A stretch of 64,000 bases of DNA from an uncultured bacterium (GTDB lineage: Bacteria > Krumholzibacteriota > Krumholzibacteriia > Krumholzibacteriales > Krumholzibacteriaceae), in the NCBI GenBank assembly GCA_963813815.1, contig CAWFAD010000007.1:352001-416000 (forward strand), read 5' to 3'. The first letter of the stretch is position 1. Each line of letters opens with the position of its first letter. The notes below the pieces were generated by a model. The model saw only the letters and a program-made list of their open reading frames with translations, ran no database searches and was not told where the DNA came from. The translations under genes were made by a program, and so were the position numbers. Shown here piece by piece: positions 57,182 through 64,000 of this stretch.

Positions 57182-59647
57182 TTGAGTAAGGCAGTATCCC
57201 CGCAGGGCGGGGCGGGGGAAACCGGGATATTCGATCGTCTCGAATCCCTGCGCCCGCGGTACCAGGCGCTCGTGCTCGCCGCCGTTCTCGTCGCGGCGCT
57301 CTGCCTGCTTCTGCCGGACGTCATCTTTCAAGGCAAGCTCTTTCTCGTGCCCGACGCGATCGCCCCGATGAACTTCGCCGTCGTGGGAGAGAAGGAGCTC
57401 GCCGCCGGCTCGTATCCTCTCTGGAATCCGTACCTCTTCTGCGGCATGCCGAGCTACGCGAGCCTCGCCTTCACTCCCTACGTCTATCCGCCGTCCTTCG
57501 TCACCTTCGCGCTCCAGCGATACCTCGGTTTTCCCGAGATGACGTGGCTGCTCATCCATTACCTGCTCGCGGGCGCGGGCATGTACCTTCTCGCCCGGGC
57601 GCTCGGGTGCCGCGCGGCGGTCTCCATGGCGGCGGGACTCGTCTTCATGCTTCTCCCGAACTACGTCGCGATGGGAGCGAACGGCCACGGATCGCAGGCC
57701 GTCTCGATAGCGTACATGCCGCTCGCGCTGCTGCTGGCGTGGCGCGTTCTCTCCGGGCCCCGGCGCCTCGCCCCGGCGGGATTGCTCGCGATCGTTCTCG
57801 GGTTTCAGATGCTCCGCGGCCACGTGCAGATCGCCTACTACACCTATCTCCTCATCGGGCTCCTCGTTCTCTTCGAGGCGGCGGCGCTTCTCCGGGCTCG
57901 GGATCGCGCGGGGCTCGCGAGGGGCGCCGGTTTTCTCGCCGGGTCGTTCGCCGTGGCGGTCGGCATCGCCGCCGTTCTCATCTTCCCCGTGCGCGAGTAC
58001 GCGGCGCATTCGATTCGGGGCGGCGCGGCGGGCGGCGGGCTCGACTACGGCTACGCGACGGGCTGGAGCCTCCATCCGAGGGAAATGGCGACCTTCGTGT
58101 TCGCCTGGGCGAGCGGGTTCGGAAAGGCGACCTACTGGGGGGCGATGCCGTTCACGGATTATCCGAACTACCTCGGGGTCGCGACCGCCGTCTGCGCCGT
58201 TTTCGGGCTCCTGCTCGCGAAGGACCGCCGGAGATGGTTTCTCCTGGCCGCCGCGCTCGCGGCGACGCTCGTGAGTTTCGGCAAGTTCTTTCCGCTTCTG
58301 TACGAGCCGATGTTCGAGTATCTGCCCTATTTCAACAAGTTCCGCGTGCCCGTCATGGCGCTCATCGTCCAGCAGCTCGCCGTCGTTCTCCTCATGGCGA
58401 CCGGGCTCGAGGCCTTCCTCTCTCGCGCACGCGGCGGAACGCTTCCTCCGTGGTGCGCGGCGAAGCGCCTCAAATGGGCGCTCGTCGCCGTCGCGATCGC
58501 CCTTCTCCTCACGCTCGTGGGGAGCGGCGGAATCAGGGAGAGCGTGGGCGGCAGCGCGGCGGTGAAGGCGAGAGTGCCGGCGGAATGGATCGCCGCCGCG
58601 TCCTCGGCCTACGCGAGCGATCTCGCCAAGACGCTCGCCGTTCTCGCGGCGGTCATCCTCGTTCTCGCGTTCGCGGCGGGGAAGCGGATGAGCGCCGGGA
58701 CGGCGGCCGTCCTGATCGCGGCGTTCGCGGCGGTCGATCTCTTTCTCGTCGATCGCGCCGTTTTGCATCCCGAGGGGACGTGGCGGGGGACGCAGCCGAT
58801 CGTGATGGAGAAGGGCGTCCGGGAGCGATACCTCCTTCCCGACGACGCCGTCCGATTCTTCCGCGCCGACACGTCGTACTTCCGCGTCTTTCCCGTTCCC
58901 GACGCGCGGATCGGCCAGTGGTCGCACAACGCGTACCCCTTCAGCGACAACCGGTTCATGTCGCACGGCATTTTCTCGCTCGGCGGGTACCACGCGGCCA
59001 AGCTCAAGCGGTACCAGAACGTCATGGACGCGATGTTCGAGGCCTTCAACGGCCGGCGATACCCGGCGGCGCTCGTCGACATGCTGAACGCGAAGTATTT
59101 CCTCTCCTCCTACCGGCTCTTTCCCGAGAACACGGGAATGCCGCTCGTGGCGAGCGGAGAGAAATTCTTCGTTTACGAGAATCCGACGGCGCTGCCGAGG
59201 GTCTCCTTCGTCGACTCCGTCCGCGTGCTGTCCCCGGAGGCGGCGCTGAGGAAACTCGCCGCCGGCGAGGTCGAGCCGGCCCGCGAGGTGATTCTCGAAA
59301 GGGATCCGCCGATTCGTCCGGAGTCCGCGGCGGGGGCGCACGCCCGCATCACGTCGTACCGCGCGAACGAAATCCGCGTGCGCGCCCATACCGAGCGCCC
59401 CTGCATTCTGCTCCTCAGCGAGATCTGGTATCCCGACTGGAAGGCCGAGGTGAACGGCGAGGAGACCCCGGTGCTCGCGGCCGATTACTGTCTCCGCGCC
59501 ATCGCGCTCGACGCCGGGGACCACGACGTCCGCATGTATTTCGCCTCGCGCCGCCTGCGCGTTTCGCTCATCGTCTCGATCGCGTGTTTCATCGCCGCGG
59601 TCTCGGCCCCGATTTTCTCCCGGGCGGCGGCATGGAGGAGGAGGTAA
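57182..59647 (+). CDS. YfhO family GT-C membrane glycosyltransferase
   Basis: TTG start after GGAGG; PLWNPY..GMP, H.QIAYY, WS, YWG..PFT..P.Y.G, FNKFRVP, GYH.AKL, SEIWYP.WKA.V.G. Confidence 0.85.
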   Translation: MSKAVSPQGGAGETGIFDRLESLRPRYQALVLAAVLVAALCLLLPDVIFQGKLFLVPDAIAPMNFAVVGEKELAAGSYPLWNPYLFCGMPSYASLAFTPYVYPPSFVTFALQRYLGFPEMTWLLIHYLLAGAGMYLLARALGCRAAVSMAAGLVFMLLPNYVAMGANGHGSQAVSIAYMPLALLLAWRVLSGPRRLAPAGLLAIVLGFQMLRGHVQIAYYTYLLIGLLVLFEAAALLRARDRAGLARGAGFLAGSFAVAVGIAAVLIFPVREYAAHSIRGGAAGGGLDYGYATGWSLHPREMATFVFAWASGFGKATYWGAMPFTDYPNYLGVATAVCAVFGLLLAKDRRRWFLLAAALAATLVSFGKFFPLLYEPMFEYLPYFNKFRVPVMALIVQQLAVVLLMATGLEAFLSRARGGTLPPWCAAKRLKWALVAVAIALLLTLVGSGGIRESVGGSAAVKARVPAEWIAAASSAYASDLAKTLAVLAAVILVLAFAAGKRMSAGTAAVLIAAFAAVDLFLVDRAVLHPEGTWRGTQPIVMEKGVRERYLLPDDAVRFFRADTSYFRVFPVPDARIGQWSHNAYPFSDNRFMSHGIFSLGGYHAAKLKRYQNVMDAMFEAFNGRRYPAALVDMLNAKYFLSSYRLFPENTGMPLVASGEKFFVYENPTALPRVSFVDSVRVLSPEAALRKLAAGEVEPAREVILERDPPIRPESAAGAHARITSYRANEIRVRAHTERPCILLLSEIWYPDWKAEVNGEETPVLAADYCLRAIALDAGDHDVRMYFASRRLRVSLIVSIACFIAAVSAPIFSRAAAWRRR

Positions 59648-59651
59648 GCGC

Positions 59652-60368
59652 GTGGAGACGCTCGTCATAGTTCCGACCTACAACGAGAAAGAGAACATCG
59701 CCTCCATCGTCGGCGCCGTGCTCAAGCTCGGCAGCGGCGTCGAGATCCTCGTCATCGATGACGCGAGCCCCGACGGCACCGGCGCCATCGTCGATTCCCT
59801 CGCCGCCGTGAATCCCCGCGTCCACGTGCTCCATCGGCCCGGGAAGCTCGGGCTCGGCTCAGCGTACATCGCCGGCTTCAACTGGGCCCTCGCGAACACC
59901 GAGGCCCGGTACGTCTTCGAGATGGACGCCGATTTCTCGCACGACCCGAACGCGATCCCGCAGTTTCTCGAAGCGGCCAAGGAGGCGGATCTCGTCATCG
60001 GCTCCCGGTATCTCAGGGGGGTCACGGTGGTGAACTGGCCGCTCGGCCGGCTCATCCTGAGCTACGGCGCGAACGTCTATACGCGCCTCATTACGGGGAT
60101 GCCGATCAAGGACGCGACGGGCGGTTTCAAGTGCTTCCGGCGGGAGGTGCTCGAGCGCCTGCCTCTCGATCGCATCAGGAGCGACGGATATTCCTTTCAG
60201 ATCGAGCTGAACTATATCGCGTGGAAACAGGGCTTCCGCATCGTCGAGATACCCATTCTGTTCGTCGATCGCCGCGTGGGCATCTCGAAGATGTCGAAGA
60301 AAATAGTCTGGGAAGCGACTTTCATGGTCTGGAGGATCCGCTTCATGAACCCGCGACGCTGGCGGTAG
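59652..60368 (+). CDS. Polyprenol monophosphomannose synthase (Ppm1/DPM1-like GT2)
   Basis: VPTYNE.ENI, DD.SPDGTG, GKLGLGSAY..GF, EMDADFSHDP, GSRY, DATGGF, GYSFQIE, G.SKM. Confidence 0.92.
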   Translation: METLVIVPTYNEKENIASIVGAVLKLGSGVEILVIDDASPDGTGAIVDSLAAVNPRVHVLHRPGKLGLGSAYIAGFNWALANTEARYVFEMDADFSHDPNAIPQFLEAAKEADLVIGSRYLRGVTVVNWPLGRLILSYGANVYTRLITGMPIKDATGGFKCFRREVLERLPLDRIRSDGYSFQIELNYIAWKQGFRIVEIPILFVDRRVGISKMSKKIVWEATFMVWRIRFMNPRRWR

Positions 60369-60389
60369 GGTTCGTCCGCGGGAGCGACT

Positions 60390-62465
60390 ATGGACCTGTC
60401 CATCATCATCGTCACCTACAACAGCCGCGCCCCCGTCGAGCGCTGTCTCGCCTCGCTCGAAAGGCATCCCGCCTCGGGGCTCGCCGAGACGATCGTCGTC
60501 GACAACGCCTCTTCCGACGGCACCGCGGAGACGGTGCGCGGGCGATTTCCCGGCGTGCGCGTCGTCGCGAACGCGGAGAACCGGGGATACTCCCGGGGCG
60601 TGAACCAGGGCATCCATTCCTCGACCGGGCGCCTCATCCTCATTCTCAATCCCGACATCGTCGTCGGCGAGGGTTCGATCGACCGGCTCGCCTCTTTCAT
60701 GGCGGAACATCCCGACGCGGGCATCGCCGGGGCCAAGCTCGTGTATCCCGACGGCACGCTCCAGTATTCCGCGCGGGCCTTCTACACGCCGAGCGCGCTC
60801 CTCTTCCGCCGGACCGTTCTCGGCAGGATGTTCCCGAGGGCGAAGCCGCTCCGCGATCACCTCCTCATGGACGACGGCCATGCCGTCTCCCGCGAGGTCG
60901 ATTGGATCATCGGCGCCTGCATGCTCGTGCGGCGCGCGGCGCTCGAACAGGTGGGGGCGATGGACGAGCGCTTCTTCCTCTACTTCGAGGATCTCGACTG
61001 GTGCTACCGCATGAAGCAACGCGGCTGGAAGGTGTGCTACGTTCCCGACTCGGTCATGGTTCATACCTACGAGCGCTCGAGCGCGCGATCCGTTTTCCGC
61101 AAGCCCTTCATCATTCACATTCTGAGCCTCCTGCGATACTACGAGAAATGGAACCGGCTCTTCTACTTCCTGCGCCGCAATCGAGGGGCGGCCAAGACGC
61201 TCGTGCTCGCCGCCGGCGATCTCGCGGCGTTGAACGCCGCCTTCTTCGCGGCGTACTACGCGCGGGTGCTCGCGCAGCCGTTCTTTACCCACGAGCTCTA
61301 TCCGGTGAGCTGGTACGGATCGTTCATGGGCTTCTACAACCTCGTCCTTCTCCTCACTTTTTTCGCCTTCGGGCTCTACGGCGTGCGCCGGGAGACGCCC
61401 CCCGAGGAGGAGGTTCTCCGCGTCGTCCGGGCGGTGTTTCTCGGACTCGTCATTCTCATGGCGGCGACCTACATGAGCAGGGTTCGCATCTATTCGCGCG
61501 CGGTCGTCATCGCTCAGGGGGCGCTCGCGATCGTCCTCGTCTCGCTCTCCCGTCGGGCCATCCGCGCCATGCACGGCACGCTCGTGAGGGCGCGATTCGA
61601 TCTCAAGCGCGTCCTCATCGTCGGAACGCGCGAGGAGGCGGCGGCGCTCTCCGAGCAGTTCGCCGGGCTCCCCGAGCTCGGGATCGACGTCGTCGGCTTT
61701 CTGGGCGGCTCCGGAGACGGTCTCGGCGCCATCGCGGACCTGTCGGACGTGGTGGAGCGGTTCACGATTCAGGAGGTCGTCATCTGCGAGTCTCATCAGG
61801 GGGACCGGACGCTCGTGCCCTTTCTCTCGCGGGTGCGCCGCCGCATGATCCAGATAACGATGGTGTCCCCGCTCGCGCGCTTTCTCGGGAGAGGCGCCCG
61901 AGTGGAGGAGCTCGCGGGCCTGCACGTATTTTCCATGGAACGCCGGTCGTATCTCTGGTTCGAGCGCGGCATGAAGAGGCTCTTCGACGGGGCGGCCGGA
62001 ATCGCCGTCCTTCCGTTCGCCCTATTTGCCTCCGGCGTCTTCCGGATCTATGGTACACTGACCCGCCGGGTTCGCTTTTTCGCGGAGGCGCGGCGGGGGA
62101 GGGGCGGGGACGCGATTCGGTGGCCGCGAGCCGTCCGCGCGTCGGGGCGCGAAGCGGGAGATCTCGTGAAACCGGCGCTCTGGCTCTCGCTCGTCGTCGG
62201 TCGGCTCAGCCTCGTCGGCCCGCCGGCGCTCCCCGGGGCGCCCGCCGCGGGCCTCGCCGCGGCGCTCGATTCCGTGCGGCCCGGCATCACGGGGCGCTGG
62301 CGCATCGCGAGGCACGGCGACGCTCGAGAGGCGCTCGAGGAGGAGGCGCTCGCGCTCAGCTCATGGTCCTCGAGCCGGGATCTCGTGATTTTGCTCGCCT
62401 CTCTCGGGGGCATCTGGTCGGGATCGTATCCGGCGTGGTTCCACGGCAAGGGGGATGCATCGTGA
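60390..62465 (+). CDS. Fusion: WbbL-like GT2 + WcaJ-like phosphoglycosyltransferase region (catalytic domain degenerate)
   Basis: N-half: VDNASSDG, LNPD, GACML, MDERFFLYFED.DWC. C-half: TMs, KRVLIVG Rossmann, KRLFD, LSLVGP, RPGITG. Confidence 0.82.
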   Translation: MDLSIIIVTYNSRAPVERCLASLERHPASGLAETIVVDNASSDGTAETVRGRFPGVRVVANAENRGYSRGVNQGIHSSTGRLILILNPDIVVGEGSIDRLASFMAEHPDAGIAGAKLVYPDGTLQYSARAFYTPSALLFRRTVLGRMFPRAKPLRDHLLMDDGHAVSREVDWIIGACMLVRRAALEQVGAMDERFFLYFEDLDWCYRMKQRGWKVCYVPDSVMVHTYERSSARSVFRKPFIIHILSLLRYYEKWNRLFYFLRRNRGAAKTLVLAAGDLAALNAAFFAAYYARVLAQPFFTHELYPVSWYGSFMGFYNLVLLLTFFAFGLYGVRRETPPEEEVLRVVRAVFLGLVILMAATYMSRVRIYSRAVVIAQGALAIVLVSLSRRAIRAMHGTLVRARFDLKRVLIVGTREEAAALSEQFAGLPELGIDVVGFLGGSGDGLGAIADLSDVVERFTIQEVVICESHQGDRTLVPFLSRVRRRMIQITMVSPLARFLGRGARVEELAGLHVFSMERRSYLWFERGMKRLFDGAAGIAVLPFALFASGVFRIYGTLTRRVRFFAEARRGRGGDAIRWPRAVRASGREAGDLVKPALWLSLVVGRLSLVGPPALPGAPAAGLAAALDSVRPGITGRWRIARHGDAREALEEEALALSSWSSSRDLVILLASLGGIWSGSYPAWFHGKGDAS

Positions 62466-64000
62466 AAAGGCTCGTGATCGCCGCGGCGCTCGCCGCGCTC
62501 GCGACGGCGTCGACGGCGCGGGGCGTGGGCGGCGACTGGAACATCTGGTGCAACGCGAGCGGCGTCAACCGCATCATGGTCGCCGGCGACTCGCTCTGGT
62601 GCGCGACGCGCGGCGGCATCATGGTCATGAACCTCCTCGACTCGACGTTCGCCCGGCACCTCGACGGCCTCGGGTTCCTGTCGACGGACGTCACGGCGAT
62701 CGCGATCGACCGCCGCGGGAGCGTCTGGGCGGGATTCACGACGACGGGAGCGGCGCGAATCGACCGCTTCGCGCCCGACGCGATCGTAAAGCTCTACGGC
62801 TCCGCGATCGACGGGCTGCTGAGCGACAGCGTCACCTGTCTCGCCGTCGCGGGAGACGACGTCTACTACGGCTCGCGTTCCGGCGTGGCCAAATTCTACG
62901 AGAATCTGCATTCCTACGAGACGGTGCTCACCGACAGCCTCGAGGGCGTGCCGGTGCACGATCTCCTCGTCCGGGACGACACGCTTTTCGTCGCCTGCGA
63001 ACGGGGCGTGGCGCGATTCAACCGTCTTACCTTCGCCTACCGGCTCGACCGGATCGGCAAGTCGGTGTCCCTCTGCGTCCACGAGGGCGCGGTGCACGCC
63101 GCGACGGAGTTCGGCGTGCAGCGTCTCGCCGGCTCGTCGTGGACGTCGCTCGGCTTGCCCGGGGGATACGCGCCGCTCGCGGTGGCGGCAGGCTCGGGGG
63201 CGCTCCACTCGATCACCGAGGGGCGGGCCTTTTCCTGGAGCGGATCGTCGTGGATCGAGATCACGGCGGATATGAAGACGACGCTGAGCGAGCGTTACAA
63301 GATCTTTTCGCAGTTCAACGTGCCGCGCACGATCGCCGTCGACCGTCGCGGCACGCTCTGGCTCGGGGGGGTCGCGTTTCAGCTCGACCGCGGCGCCTAC
63401 CTTTTCCACTACGACGGCGGCGGCTGGATCAACGAAGCCCCCGTGGAGCTCTCGCAGAGCGGCGTCCTCGCCCTCTCCCTCGAGCAGGGCGGGGAGCCTT
63501 GGGTGAGCACGAAGCATTTCGGAGTGAGCGTGCGGCGCGACGACGACACGTGGCTGCAGTACACGAAGCTCCGCACCGTGTCGGATCCCGAGGGGTTTTC
63601 GTACTTTTCCTTCATGCTCGCCTTTCTCCTCGATTCGCAGGGGTATCTCTGGTGCAACGTGATCGGGAACGACCTCGACCGGGTCGCGGTGAACGACCCG
63701 GCGGTGCAGGACGACGACGTGTGGACGCACTACGCCCTCAACACGGGAACGATCACGTCGAACCGGTACGTGAAAATCAGGGAGGATCCCGCCGGTAACC
63801 GCTGGTTCCTCTCCCATGACGAGGTTGCGGGAATGTGGGGCGTCGATATCCTGAGCGCGGACGGGGCGCACTGGCTCGCCGTCAACCCCTCGATCGAGCC
63901 CCGGATGGCGGGGGGAAACGTGTTCGACGTGGCCTTCGGGGCCAACGGCACGGCGTATCTCGCGCTCCGGAACTACGGGCTGCAGGCGTGGGTGACGGGG
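62462..64000 (+). CDS. Exported beta-propeller protein (Reg_prop repeats, PorZ-like), 3' truncated by window
   Basis: GTG overlaps previous stop; frame appears open to window end (absent from ORF track); signal peptide; LWCATRGG, DVTAIAIDRRGSVWAG, DSQGYLW, EDPAGNRWF repeats. Confidence 0.75.
   Translation, partial: MKRLVIAAALAALATASTARGVGGDWNIWCNASGVNRIMVAGDSLWCATRGGIMVMNLLDSTFARHLDGLGFLSTDVTAIAIDRRGSVWAGFTTTGAARIDRFAPDAIVKLYGSAIDGLLSDSVTCLAVAGDDVYYGSRSGVAKFYENLHSYETVLTDSLEGVPVHDLLVRDDTLFVACERGVARFNRLTFAYRLDRIGKSVSLCVHEGAVHAATEFGVQRLAGSSWTSLGLPGGYAPLAVAAGSGALHSITEGRAFSWSGSSWIEITADMKTTLSERYKIFSQFNVPRTIAVDRRGTLWLGGVAFQLDRGAYLFHYDGGGWINEAPVELSQSGVLALSLEQGGEPWVSTKHFGVSVRRDDDTWLQYTKLRTVSDPEGFSYFSFMLAFLLDSQGYLWCNVIGNDLDRVAVNDPAVQDDDVWTHYALNTGTITSNRYVKIREDPAGNRWFLSHDEVAGMWGVDILSADGAHWLAVNPSIEPRMAGGNVFDVAFGANGTAYLALRNYGLQAWVTG

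Noticed and set aside
57178..57189. Mini-ORF ATG TTT GAG TAA overlapping the yfhO-like start
   Set aside because: ATG is too close to the SD; TTG 57182 has proper spacing and gives the full protein
62455..63798. 447-aa ORF from the track
   Set aside because: Wrong frame; the credible gene starts at GTG 62462 and runs off the window

Overview
A 64-kb, very GC-rich chromosomal segment from a diderm bacterium. Gene content (PorZ-like propeller, DUF2723, YfhO, SpoVG, SelA) suggests the FCB-group/Krumholzibacteriota-Latescibacterota neighbourhood; this placement is inference. Almost every gene is on the + strand. Core blocks are thpR..recA-recX-alaS; ispE-spoVG-tRNA-Gln-prs-rplY-pth; rpsF-rpsR-rplI; selA..smc..ftsY; and FMN riboswitch-ribD-ribE-ribBA-ribH-nusB. 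Two glycan loci (about 8.1-18.3 kb and 45-62.5 kb) lie between them. The best candidate for an undescribed system is the second locus. It has two tandem TMEM260-like (DUF2723) GT-C enzymes with a polyprenol-P-mannose synthase, a YfhO GT-C, a flippase-like protein and several glycosyltransferases, which looks like a protein O-mannosylation/O-glycosylation pathway. The two DUF2723 copies share about 1.45 kb of identical, oddly G/T-skewed DNA but have diverged C-terminal TPR-like regions. Other notable signals: tandem NrdR-like boxes 32 bp apart upstream of selA-smc, four fusion proteins carrying catalytically degenerate domains, a promoter embedded in ispE, an S6:S18-type leader, and a homopolymer frameshift in ftsY. 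No mobile elements or CRISPR arrays were seen. All calls come from reading the sequence; no database search was run.
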